Positions 10,250-19,450 of a stretch of 64,000 nucleotides of DNA are shown here, one piece after another. This stretch comes from Alphaproteobacteria bacterium (GTDB lineage: Bacteria; Pseudomonadota; Alphaproteobacteria; Bin95): positions 2,208,001 to 2,272,000 of the forward strand of contig OZ224045.1 in assembly GCA_963665325.3 (NCBI GenBank). Reading direction: 5' to 3'. The notes below the pieces were generated by a model that searched no databases, had not been told where the DNA came from, and saw only the letters and a list, made by a program, of their open reading frames with translations. A program made the position numbers and the translations under genes. The stretch's first letter is position 1. Every line of letters starts with the position of its first letter.

Positions 10250-10891
10250 CTACCGGCCCAGCAGTTCGAGATAGAGCGGGTCGGCGAGGTCGATGGCGGG
10301 GCCGTTGCTGTAATACACCCAGCCGCGCACCCGAACGCGCCGCCCTTCCAGGGTTCCCGGCGGGAAGGCGCGCGAGATGCGGCCGCGGCGAAGGTAAACG
10401 GTGAAATCCTCGCGCCAGTCCTCGCCGAAATTCACGAAGCTGCTGCGGAAGCCCCTGGCGGTCGCCAGGACGCGCCCCTCCACGATGGCGAAACGGTCGA
10501 GGACCGAGCGCGCGCGGTCCGCTGCGATGGTCCGCGCTTCCCGCCCTGTCCAAAGGCCGGGTTCGGATGCGCGGGCCCGGCGCTCCAGCTCGAGCAGGGC
10601 CTCGGCCCGTTCGCGCGAAACGAGCGGAGGCGCCACGACGGCCAGGCCGCGTCCCACCAACTCCCGCTGAAGCCAGAGCGGGCCGGAAAACACGTGCGCG
10701 AGGCGCCTCCCGTGCCGGTCGAGACGGGGCGGGTCGGGTTCGTAACTGAGGCCGGACCGGGCCAGAAAGGCCGCGACAAAGGGCTCGGCTCCCTCCAGCA
10801 GACGCACGTCGGCCGGCTTGACTTCCCCGGCGCCCGCAAGGGCCGGGCCGGCGGGCAGCAAGAGGAACAGGGACAGGAGGTAGCGCAGCAT
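10250..10891 (-). CDS. Secreted thermonuclease (SNase)-like protein with C-terminal OB-fold
   Basis: Signal peptide MLRYLLSLFLLL; DRHGRRLAHV, WLQRELVGRGLA, ERRARASEPGLW; OB-type VNFGEDWREDFT..RVRVRGWV. Confidence 0.75.
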   Translation of the reverse strand: MLRYLLSLFLLLPAGPALAGAGEVKPADVRLLEGAEPFVAAFLARSGLSYEPDPPRLDRHGRRLAHVFSGPLWLQRELVGRGLAVVAPPLVSRERAEALLELERRARASEPGLWTGREARTIAADRARSVLDRFAIVEGRVLATARGFRSSFVNFGEDWREDFTVYLRRGRISRAFPPGTLEGRRVRVRGWVYYSNGPAIDLADPLYLELLGR

Positions 10892-10934
10892 GGGTGTCTG
10901 GAAGCCTTGCACGGCGGCCGCTAAGGTTCGGGCG

Positions 10935-11903
10935 ATGGGCGGGCGGACGGACCTTTTTCCGGCAATCGAGGCGGCGCAAAGCGGCATGCTGCCGCTGGAC
11001 AGCGGCCATGTCATGTATTGGGAGGAGGCCGGCAGCCCGGACGGCCTGCCCGTGCTCTTCCTGCATGGCGGGCCGGGAGCGGGCTGCACGCCGGCCTATC
11101 GGCGCTTCTTCGACCCTGCGGCCTACCGTATCCTGCTGTTCGACCAGCGCGGCGCCGGCCGCTCGACGCCCGGCGCGGAGACGCAGTCCAACACCACACA
11201 GCATCTCGTCCGCGACATTGAGACGCTGCGCCGGCACCTTTCGGTGGACCGGTGGCTGGTGTTCGGCGGCTCCTGGGGCAGCACGCTCGCGCTGGCCTAC
11301 GGAGAGGCGCATCCCGAACGCTGCCTCGGATTCGTCCTTCGCGGCGTGTTCCTTGGGCGGCGCGCGGAAATAGACTGGTTCCTGCACGGCATGGGCACCT
11401 TCTTCCCCGAGGCGCACCGGGCGTTCCTCGCCCCGATTCCGCCGCAAGAACGCGGGGCCGGGCTGCTGGGCGCCTACCACCGCCGGCTGACGGACCCGGA
11501 CCCGCGCGTCCACCTGCCTGCCGCGCGCGCCTGGTCGCGTTACGAGAACGCCTGTTCCGCGTTGAGGCCCGGTCCCGTGGACACGGCGGCCGTGGCCGGA
11601 GACCGCGCTGCCCTGGCGCTTGCCCGGCTCGAGGCGCACTACTTCGCGAACGGCCTGTTTCTCCGGGACGACCAGCTCCTGGACGACCTTCACCGCATCC
11701 ACGGCCTGCCGGCGACCATCGTCCAGGGGCGCTACGATGTCGTCTGCCCGATTGCGACGGCGGACGAATTGGCGCGCGCCTGGCCCGGAGCGGATTATGT
11801 GCCGGTGCCGGAAGCCGGCCACTCCGCAATGGAGTTCGGCATTCGAGCCGCCCTGGTGGCCGCGACGGAGCGAATGAAATACCGGCTGGCCGCCATGGCG
11901 TGA
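10935..11903 (+). CDS. pip: Proline iminopeptidase
   Basis: FLHGGPGAG, FDQRGAGRS, VFGGSWGSTL, VQGRYDVVCP, AGHSA. Confidence 0.93.
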   Translation: MGGRTDLFPAIEAAQSGMLPLDSGHVMYWEEAGSPDGLPVLFLHGGPGAGCTPAYRRFFDPAAYRILLFDQRGAGRSTPGAETQSNTTQHLVRDIETLRRHLSVDRWLVFGGSWGSTLALAYGEAHPERCLGFVLRGVFLGRRAEIDWFLHGMGTFFPEAHRAFLAPIPPQERGAGLLGAYHRRLTDPDPRVHLPAARAWSRYENACSALRPGPVDTAAVAGDRAALALARLEAHYFANGLFLRDDQLLDDLHRIHGLPATIVQGRYDVVCPIATADELARAWPGADYVPVPEAGHSAMEFGIRAALVAATERMKYRLAAMA

Positions 11904-11922
11904 CCCCGCCGCCGCGGGCCGC

Positions 11923-12622
11923 TCAATATTCGTCGCGGCGGCGCAGCCAGGTCATCGGGAATGGCAGGTCCTGCTCATCGCGGCCCCTCGGCACGAGATC
12001 GAGAAGCTGGTAGGCGGCGTTCATCGGATCCAGCCCGCGTGAATAGCAGGAATAGGTGTGGAACAGCTGCCCGTCCGCATCCTTGCAGAAGACGCTGAGC
12101 CCCGGCGCCTCGCTACTGCGCATGGGAGTTTCGCGGTAGTTGTACATGACCGGCCCCCGCCGCGAACGCCTCCTCGTCGAAGGAAACGCTGAAATCCCGA
12201 TTGAACCCGCTGAATAGCGAGGAAACCCACGGGAAGCGCCAGCCCATGCGGTCGCGATAGGCAAGGAGCGCGGCCAGCGGCGCGCGCGACACGGCGGCGA
12301 ACGCAACGTCCCGGGCCGTCAGATGGACCACCATCGGGTCGTAGCCGTCGGCCCAGAAGGAGCAGCTCGGGCAGCCCGCCTCCCAATCCGGCCCGAACAT
12401 GAAATGCGAGACGATGAGCTGGGTCCTGCCGTCGAACAGCTCGGCAAGTCCGATCTCGCCGGTCTCGCTCTCTAAGCGGTAGTCTTCCGTCACTTCCACC
12501 CAGGGCAATGCTCTTCTGGCAGCCGCCAGCGCATCGCGTTCGCGAGTCAAAGCCTTTTCCCGGTCGAGAAGCGCCTTACGGGCTGCGAGCCACGCTTCGC
12601 GCGAGACAACTGGATGATTCAT
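11923..12622 (-). pseudogene. DUF899 thioredoxin-like protein split by a one-base frameshift (or sequencing error)
   Basis: The N-part (VSREAWLAARKALL..LPWV..GCPSCSFWAD..MGWRFPWVSS) and the C-part (YNYR..PGLSVF..FHTYSCYSRGLD..LDLVPRGRDE..WLRRRDEY) are in different frames. They join if one C is removed from the C5 run at 12154-12158. Confidence 0.85.
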
Positions 12623-12713
12623 GCGGTGCTTCCTGTGTGCAGTGATATGAAGTCGCGCGGGTAGCGCAGGCATTTGTGCGTCAACAGCACGAATGCTGTG
12701 CGAGGGCGGGAGC

Positions 12714-12744
12714 CTTGGAAAACAGGGGTCCTTTCCCCCATAAT
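12714..12744 (+). promoter_or_regulatory. Putative promoter (RpoD- or RpoH-like) for the CmcJ/NvfI-like gene
   Basis: CTTGGA...CCCCATAAT, followed by a GGAGG RBS at 12760-12764. Confidence 0.35.
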
Positions 12745-12771
12745 ATGGATTATCCAATCGGAGGATGAGTG

Positions 12772-14049
12772 ATGGACGGGCAGCAAGCTATCGGGAACCG
12801 GGTTGAGGCGGACACGGAAACGGGTTCTTCGGCCTATGTGCCGACCCTCGAGATCACCGAAGGGCAGCCGCCCCCCGTCGCGGCGAATGGCGGCCTGTCC
12901 TACATGTCGCTCGACCGGGACGGCGATGCCGGAACCGCGGCGGCCATCGAGGCGGCTCTCAAGGAGATTGCCGACGGGCACAGCGACGCGCTGATCGACC
13001 GGATCGAGAATGCGCCGCCCGGCCCCATCGAGACAAAATGGGGCCTCGGGTTCCGCGAATACCAGGAATGCGTGGACTATATTCGGGACCAGGGCATCGA
13101 AGCCCCGGAAGGCGGCCTGGTGCTGCCGCTGCGCTACACCATCTATGAGCGCCCGTCCTATTCCATCGTGTCGTCCAACGCGCTCTGGCGGGACCCGTCG
13201 CGCAAGGCCGAGGCGGAACTGTTGCGCAAGGCCGAGGACGACAGCGGGCGGCGCAACCTCTACTTCCCGCAAGTGATGCGCGATGCACGTCGGATCGGCG
13301 AATACTATCCGGGCGTCTCGCCCAGCAGCCCGGAGAGCATGGACAGGCTCGGCGTCTCGCTGGCGCATCTGGAGTCCGAATGCACGAACTTCTACGATTC
13401 CGCGGAGGTGGAGCGCGTTTTCTACCCCGAGATCGAGAAGCTTCTGCTGGAGTTCTTCCCGGATGCGACCGATGCGCTCGTCTATAACCACGATGTGTTC
13501 GACAAGGACTACCAGGGCGACCGCACCGAAGACCAGGACGCGAAAAATCCTGGTGTGAACGCGCGTTACGCCAACCTCGTGCACAACGACCTGAATGACA
13601 ATAGCGGGCGCGTGCGCTGCCGCGAACTGCTGACCAGGAACCTGCGCAACTTCGGGCGCACGCAGCACTACACGGAGGCGGAGGCCGACGCGAAAATGTC
13701 GCGGCGGTTCATGTCGATCAATCTCGCCAAGCCGATGGAGACGGTGGAGCAGTTCCCCTTCGTGCTCTGCGCCTGGCCGTCCTTCGCCGACCAGCCCTAT
13801 ATCAACAACTACCGCGTCTATGACGACCGCGTCGGCGAGACCACCCGCTTCACCTACCGCCCGGACCATGACTGGTACTGGTTCCCGCGGCAGACGCCGA
13901 CCGAGGTGTCGATGCTCAAATGCTACGACTCCGTCACGGACGGCTCCGTATCGCGCTGGTCCTTCCACACGGCCTGCCAGGACCCGACGGTTCCCGTCGA
14001 TGCACCCTGCCGCAAGAACGTCGTGGCCCGCTCCTACGTCTTCTTCTAG
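12772..14049 (+). CDS. CmcJ/NvfI-family (AsaB-like) Fe(II)/2-oxoglutarate oxidoreductase with N-terminal extension
   Basis: RDAR, FYPEIEKLL, LVHND (HxD), RFMSINLAKP, YRPDHDWYWFP.QTPTEV.MLKCYDS, FHTACQDPT.P.DAP.R. Confidence 0.75.
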   Translation: MDGQQAIGNRVEADTETGSSAYVPTLEITEGQPPPVAANGGLSYMSLDRDGDAGTAAAIEAALKEIADGHSDALIDRIENAPPGPIETKWGLGFREYQECVDYIRDQGIEAPEGGLVLPLRYTIYERPSYSIVSSNALWRDPSRKAEAELLRKAEDDSGRRNLYFPQVMRDARRIGEYYPGVSPSSPESMDRLGVSLAHLESECTNFYDSAEVERVFYPEIEKLLLEFFPDATDALVYNHDVFDKDYQGDRTEDQDAKNPGVNARYANLVHNDLNDNSGRVRCRELLTRNLRNFGRTQHYTEAEADAKMSRRFMSINLAKPMETVEQFPFVLCAWPSFADQPYINNYRVYDDRVGETTRFTYRPDHDWYWFPRQTPTEVSMLKCYDSVTDGSVSRWSFHTACQDPTVPVDAPCRKNVVARSYVFF

Positions 14050-14058
14050 GAGGAAGCG

Positions 14059-14493
14059 CTAGAACGCGGCGCAGACGAATTCGACGGCGCGCAGCACCGA
14101 CTGCTGGTCGAAGGCGCGCTTGTAGGCTTCGGCGATCTCCTCTGTGCGCCGTACCGCATCCGCGCCGGGTTCGGCCAGGACGATCAGCAGCTTGGCTTCC
14201 TCGCGGCCGATTGCGCTCGACCGGTCCCGCCATTGCCCGGCCCCGTCCAGAACGGTCAGGCCGTCCGGGAAGCGCGGCGTGACCTGGGCGGCAAGGAAGT
14301 CGTTCCACTCCTCGTCAGACACCGTCCTTCCCCTGGGCCTGCCGCGCCCGAAGAACATTCGGTACTCCGCATAGCGCTCGAATCCGGGCGGGCAGAGCTC
14401 CGTTTCGGCCTGCGACGCCGCGATGGGCAGGAGCAGCATGGCGGCGAGGAGAAGAACGACTCGGATGGCGGAAGTCGACATAGTCGAGGCCAT
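14059..14493 (-). CDS. DUF3574 domain secreted protein
   Basis: Signal peptide; FFGR...VSDEEWNDFLAAQVTPRFPDGLTVLDGAGQWR...YKRAFDQQSVLR. Confidence 0.85.
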   Translation of the reverse strand: MASTMSTSAIRVVLLLAAMLLLPIAASQAETELCPPGFERYAEYRMFFGRGRPRGRTVSDEEWNDFLAAQVTPRFPDGLTVLDGAGQWRDRSSAIGREEAKLLIVLAEPGADAVRRTEEIAEAYKRAFDQQSVLRAVEFVCAAF

Positions 14494-14533
14494 CTTGGGA
14501 ATGTTGCGGTCAGGTGTTCGCAATCGGCGTTGT

Positions 14534-15358
14534 CTAACCCGGCCTAGCTCCCGAGGCGAGGACAGCGGGTAGGGAGAGGTCGAGTATGCCGTCTGGACCG
14601 GCCATGGCGCGGGCCTCCGCCAGCACGGAGGCCTCGATGGCGGCGCAGGCCTCGGGCGTCTGCGCGTCCAGCAGCGCGCGGGAGCGCACCGTGGCGTGGC
14701 GCAGCCCGTCGACCAGAGCCTCGGGTGAGACGCGGCGGCGGACCGCGATTTCTTCCACTTTTGTCTCCCGGAAGCCGGCCGCCTCCAGGACACGCGCGCA
14801 TTCCCCGGGGTCAGCGAAGCGGAACATCTCCGGCCCTTCGGGAATGCCGCCCGCATGCGGGTCGCCGTGGGCTGCGACCGCGCGGCGAAACATGCCGAAA
14901 TGCGCCACCCGGTCCGCCGTGCACCAGGCGGAAAACGCATAGCGCCCGCCCGGCCGCAACACCCGGAACGCTTCCGCGACCGCGCGCTCGGGCCGGGCGA
15001 AATGCAGCATGCCAAAGGAGCAGGTGACGGCATCGAAGCTTCCCTCGTCGAACGGCAGCGCCTCGGCGTCGCCTTCGCGGAACCCGGCCTCCAGGAAGTT
15101 ACGCTGCGCTTCCTCCACCATGGCGGCGGCGAAGTCCACGCCGGTTGCCCGCGCGCCGCGGCCGGCGGCCATCGCCGCGCCGTAGCCGGGGCCCGTCGCC
15201 ACATCTAGCACCTCCATGCCGGACTCGACGCCAGCGGCGTCCAGCACCGGGCCGAGGCCGAGGCGCGTCGAGTCCCATGACACGGCGCGGTAGCCCGCCG
15301 CCTGCCGATTCCAGCCCGCGCGCTCGAATGCCTTGAAGGCGTCGGGGTCGAAACTCAC
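14534..15358 (-). CDS. Class I SAM-dependent methyltransferase
   Basis: [41 protein letters not shown]. Confidence 0.9.
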   Translation of the reverse strand: MSFDPDAFKAFERAGWNRQAAGYRAVSWDSTRLGLGPVLDAAGVESGMEVLDVATGPGYGAAMAAGRGARATGVDFAAAMVEEAQRNFLEAGFREGDAEALPFDEGSFDAVTCSFGMLHFARPERAVAEAFRVLRPGGRYAFSAWCTADRVAHFGMFRRAVAAHGDPHAGGIPEGPEMFRFADPGECARVLEAAGFRETKVEEIAVRRRVSPEALVDGLRHATVRSRALLDAQTPEACAAIEASVLAEARAMAGPDGILDLSLPAVLASGARPG

Positions 15359-16410
15359 GCCGCCGCCTCGGCCAGGATGCGGGCGGCTTCCTCGCAGTCG
15401 GCGCGGTCCACATCATGGTGAGTGACCGCGCGCATACGCGTCGGCCCCATCGCGCCGATCCTCAGACCCGCATCGCCGGCGCGCTCGGCAATCTCGGCAG
15501 CGCTCCGCCTGGTGCCGCCCACGTCGAAGAACAGGATATTGGTCTCGCAGGGCTCCACGGCGAATCCGTCCAGCCCCGCCAGCGCGCCGGCCAGCAGGGC
15601 GGCGTTGGCGTGGTCCTCCGCCAGCCGGTCCCAGTGCCGGTCGAGCGCATGGAGGCCGGCGGCGGCGAGGATGCCGGCCTGGCGCATGGCGCCGCCCATG
15701 CGCTGCTTCCAGCGCCACGCCTCGTCGATGAAGGCCGCCGAGCCCGCGAGCACTGCGCCCACGGGGCAGCCGAGGCCCTTGCTGAGGTCGATCCACGCGC
15801 TGTCGAAACAGGCGCCGTAATCGGCCGCGGATATGCCCAAGGCCACGACCGCATTCGGCAGCCGCGCTCCGTCCAGATGGGTCGCCAGGCCGTGCGCGCG
15901 GGCGACGTCGGTGACCGCCCGGACCGACTCCAGCGGCCAGACCGTGCCGCCGCCCATATTGGCGGTGTTCTCGACCTCCAGCAGCGCGGAGCGGGGCGCA
16001 TAGCGGTGTTCCGGGCGGATTGCGGCTTCGGCCTGCTCCGCCGTGTAGATGCCGCGTTCGCCCGGTATCGGCGCGATCTGCACGCCCGAGAGTGCGGCCG
16101 GCCCGCCGCCCTCGAAGTTCAGTATGTGGCAAGACGCCTCGGCGATCACCTCGTCGCCAGGGCGGCAATGGACCCGGATGGAAATCTCGTTGCACATCGT
16201 GCCCGAAGGAAGGAACACCGCCGCTTCCTTGCCGAGCAGCGCCGCCACCCGTTCGCAGAGCGCATTGACGCTCGGGTCGGCGAAGGACTGCTCGTCGCCG
16301 ACCGGGGCCTCGGCCATCGCCCGGCGCATGTCCGGCGTCGGCTGGGTCTGGGTGTCGCTGTAAAGGTTGATGCGCGGCGCGTTGGCGCCTTCCCGCGTCG
16401 CTAATGCCAT
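15355..16410 (-). CDS. ltaE: Low-specificity L-threonine aldolase
   Basis: [49 protein letters not shown]. Confidence 0.88.
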   Translation of the reverse strand: MALATREGANAPRINLYSDTQTQPTPDMRRAMAEAPVGDEQSFADPSVNALCERVAALLGKEAAVFLPSGTMCNEISIRVHCRPGDEVIAEASCHILNFEGGGPAALSGVQIAPIPGERGIYTAEQAEAAIRPEHRYAPRSALLEVENTANMGGGTVWPLESVRAVTDVARAHGLATHLDGARLPNAVVALGISAADYGACFDSAWIDLSKGLGCPVGAVLAGSAAFIDEAWRWKQRMGGAMRQAGILAAAGLHALDRHWDRLAEDHANAALLAGALAGLDGFAVEPCETNILFFDVGGTRRSAAEIAERAGDAGLRIGAMGPTRMRAVTHHDVDRADCEEAARILAEAAA

Positions 16411-16461
16411 TGGGTCGCTCGCCGGTTGGGGATTGGGTCGCTCGGTTTCGTCTCGCGCTGG

Positions 16462-18180
16462 TCAGGCGCCGACGGCATAGGCCATGCGGCGGGGGTCGGC
16501 GCCGCCGGTCATCAGGCCGCGCTCGCTGTCAGCGTCGATCATGCACACGGAGCCTGCGAGCCAAATGCGCTCCGGCCACCGTTCGATCTCGTGGCCGCGC
16601 TGCGCCAGCTCGTCGCCGGCTTCCTCCGCGATGGCGCTCTCCAGCTTCAGCAGGCCCGGATAGTAGGCATGCGGCTCGAAGGACGACGGGAAGCTGTAGC
16701 TGGCGAAGCGGGGCGCGGAGACGGCCTCCTGGGCGGACATACTGTGGACCGCAAGGTTCATGAGGCATTGCGACATGGCTTGGGTCTGGACATCGCCGCC
16801 GGGGGTTCCGAAGGGCACGAAGCGCGTTCCGCCGTCCATCACGGCCATCGCCGGGTTGGGCGTGAGGCGGGGGCGCTTGCCGGGGGCGAGCGCAGAGGGA
16901 TGCGCGGGATCGGTCCAGGACTGGCAGCCGCGCGAGGAGATCGCGAGGCCGACGCCCGGGGCGACCGTGCCGCCATAGGAGCCGTCGGACGGCGTGGCGG
17001 AGAAGACATTGCCCGCCTCGTCCACGACGCAGATGTAGGAGGTGTCCAGCGGCGCGACTTCGGGCTCCCGCGTCGGAACCGGCGGCGCAGGGATCGCGGA
17101 ACGTGAGCCGGCATCGCCCGGCGGCGGCATTTCCGGCATGGCGCGGCCCATGTCGATCTCGGCCCGGCGCAGGGCGGCGTAAGCCTCCGACGCCAGCGTG
17201 TCGATCGGCACGTCCACGAAGCGCGGATCGCCCAGATAAGCGTCGCGGTCCGCCATGGCGAGCTTGACCGCCTCGACCGCGGCATGCACCGCGTCGGCGC
17301 TGTTGTGGCCGAGCGCATGCAGGTCGTAGCCGCCGAGGATGTTCAGCACCTCGATCAGCGCCGGCCCCTGGCACCAGGGCCCGCAGGCATAGACATCCGC
17401 ATTGCCGAACCGCCCGCGCACGGGCTCCTCTATGCCGACGCGGAAGGAAGCGAGGTCCTCGCGCGTCATCCAGCCGCCTTCCGCGGCCTGCCAGTCGGCG
17501 ATGCGCCGGGCGATGTCGCCCTTGTAGAAGGCGTCGCGGGCGGCGGCGAGCCCGGCCTTGCGCCCGCCCTTGCGTGCGGCGGCGGCCTCCTCGTCGACCA
17601 TGTATTGCAGCGCGGTAGCCCCTTCCTTCTGGAAGAACAGCTCGCCCGTCCGGGGCGGCCGCCCGCCCGGCAGGAAGATCGCAGCCGTATCCGGCGCGGC
17701 GCGGAACTCGGCCTCGTGCTCCGAGATGATCCGCTCCATCAGCGGATACATGGGGAAGCCGTCGCGGGCGTAACGGATCGCCGCCTGCGCGACCTCGCCG
17801 AAGCTCATCCGGCCCCAGAGCTCCAGCGCGGTGGTCCAGGCGTCCGGGGCCGCGGGAACGACCGTTCGCAGCACCCCGTTCGGGATCGCGCCGCCATATT
17901 CGCGCTGGAAATGTCCGATATCGGCAGCCTTAGGCCACCAGCCGAGGCCCGAGACGGTGATGACCTTCTGCGCGTCGGCGCTATAGACCATGATCGGCGC
18001 GACGCCGGCGACACTCACCAGGTCGCTTTCGAGAATGCCGAGCGCCAGCCCGCCGGCCACGCCCGCGTCGATGGCATTGCCGCCGGCTTCCAGCACGGAG
18101 AACGCCGCGCTCGCCGCAAGCTGGTGTCCGGCCACGACCATATGCCGGGTTGCGACCACTTCGGCCCGTTCGCTCGCCAT
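16462..18180 (-). CDS. Gamma-glutamyltransferase family protein
   Basis: GGNAIDAGVA, FYKGDIA, DRDAYLGDP, nucleophile Thr in DTSYICVVD, PGKRP, GTPGGD, GADPRR. Confidence 0.92.
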   Translation of the reverse strand: MASERAEVVATRHMVVAGHQLAASAAFSVLEAGGNAIDAGVAGGLALGILESDLVSVAGVAPIMVYSADAQKVITVSGLGWWPKAADIGHFQREYGGAIPNGVLRTVVPAAPDAWTTALELWGRMSFGEVAQAAIRYARDGFPMYPLMERIISEHEAEFRAAPDTAAIFLPGGRPPRTGELFFQKEGATALQYMVDEEAAAARKGGRKAGLAAARDAFYKGDIARRIADWQAAEGGWMTREDLASFRVGIEEPVRGRFGNADVYACGPWCQGPALIEVLNILGGYDLHALGHNSADAVHAAVEAVKLAMADRDAYLGDPRFVDVPIDTLASEAYAALRRAEIDMGRAMPEMPPPGDAGSRSAIPAPPVPTREPEVAPLDTSYICVVDEAGNVFSATPSDGSYGGTVAPGVGLAISSRGCQSWTDPAHPSALAPGKRPRLTPNPAMAVMDGGTRFVPFGTPGGDVQTQAMSQCLMNLAVHSMSAQEAVSAPRFASYSFPSSFEPHAYYPGLLKLESAIAEEAGDELAQRGHEIERWPERIWLAGSVCMIDADSERGLMTGGADPRRMAYAVGA

Positions 18181-18273
18181 CGGCCCTCGGCTCCCCTGTT
18201 TCCCCGCCTTGTCATCCGGGCGGCTCTTCGTGCCATGATGCGCGAGGGCGAACCGGAAAGCGAGAGAGGCTGC

Positions 18274-19425
18274 ATGCCGATCCATTTCAGCAAGGAAGAG
18301 TTCTCAGGGCGTCAGCGCGCGGCGGCGGAGGCGATGGCGGCGGCCGGCTTCGACGGCCTGCTGATCTTCAAGCAGGAGAGCATGTTCTACCTCACCGGCT
18401 ACGACACATTCGGTTTCTGCTTCTTCCAGTGCCTGGTGCTCGGCGCTGACGGGCGGCTGGCACTGCTGACCCGCGCGCCCGACCGCCGCCAGGCCGAATT
18501 CACCTCGGTGCTCGGCGATATCCGGGTGTGGGAAGACGCCGCGGATGCGCGGCCGGAGAACGAGCTGAAGGCGATGCTGGCCGAGTTCGGCCTCGAAGGC
18601 CGGCGGCTCGGCGTGGAGTGGCAGTCTTACGGACTGCCGGCGGCGCTCGGCTTCCGCCTCCGCGATGCGCTGGAAGGGTTCGTCGATCTGGGGGACGCTT
18701 CCGGGCTTGTGGATGGGCTGCGGGTCATCAAGAGCCCGGCGGAGCTGGCCTATGTACGCAAGGCGGGCGAGCTTGCCGACCGCGCCTGGGACGAGGCCGT
18801 GCGGCTGGCGCGGCCGGGCGCCTTCGAGGGCGACATCCTGGCGGCGATGCAGGGTGCGGTCTCGCGGGCCGGCGGCGACGAGCCGGCAAACGAGACCGTC
18901 ATCGGCTCAGGTCCCGGCGCGCTCATGTGCCGCTACTACACCGGCAGGCGGCATCTGGATGCGGACGACCAGCTGATGCTGGAGTTCGCTGGGACATGGC
19001 GGCACTACCATGCCTGCCTGATGCGCACGATCCGCATCGGCACGCCGCTGGAGCGCCAGCGCTTCCTCCACGACGCGGCGGTCGAGGCGCTGGCCGCCTG
19101 CCGGGAGGCGCTGAGGCCCGGCCGGCCTGTCGGGGACGTGTTCGATGCCCATGCCCGCGTGCTCGATGCCCGCGGCCTGGCCGAGCACCGCATGAACGCC
19201 TGCGGCTATTCGCTCGGCGCCACCTTCGCGCCCGTCTGGATGGACAGCCCGATGTTTTACCGCGGCAATCCCGTGCTCGCGGCGCCCGGCATGGTGTTCT
19301 TCATCCATATCATCATCTTCGACAGTGATTCCGGCCTTGCCGCGACTTCGGGCACGACCACCGTCGTCACCGAAACCGGCAATGAGCCGGTCACCCACGC
19401 CTCCACCGACCTCGTCGTCAACTAG
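18274..19425 (+). CDS. M24 family hydrolase (Xaa-Pro peptidase fold; ectoine hydrolase/creatinase-like)
   Basis: YLTGYD, LRVIKSPAEL, EFAGTWRHYHACLMRT, CGYSLG, PGMVFFIH. Confidence 0.85.
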   Translation: MPIHFSKEEFSGRQRAAAEAMAAAGFDGLLIFKQESMFYLTGYDTFGFCFFQCLVLGADGRLALLTRAPDRRQAEFTSVLGDIRVWEDAADARPENELKAMLAEFGLEGRRLGVEWQSYGLPAALGFRLRDALEGFVDLGDASGLVDGLRVIKSPAELAYVRKAGELADRAWDEAVRLARPGAFEGDILAAMQGAVSRAGGDEPANETVIGSGPGALMCRYYTGRRHLDADDQLMLEFAGTWRHYHACLMRTIRIGTPLERQRFLHDAAVEALAACREALRPGRPVGDVFDAHARVLDARGLAEHRMNACGYSLGATFAPVWMDSPMFYRGNPVLAAPGMVFFIHIIIFDSDSGLAATSGTTTVVTETGNEPVTHASTDLVVN

Positions 19426-19450
19426 CAACCGGCGGGGAGCCGCTTTGCCG

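Noticed and set aside
9149-11822. 591-aa and 865-aa Arg/Ala/Pro-rich ORFs
   Set aside because: Alternate-frame translations across comM, the SNase-like gene and pip; composition typical of non-coding frames.
17284-18273. Apparent long N-terminal extensions or fusions in the ORF track (also 21119-22333, 22270-23112, 37744-40419, 43604-44272, 44666-47308, 55728-57302)
   Set aside because: Artefacts of choosing the most upstream start. The real genes begin at downstream ATGs where family motifs start, and the extensions overlap other genes.
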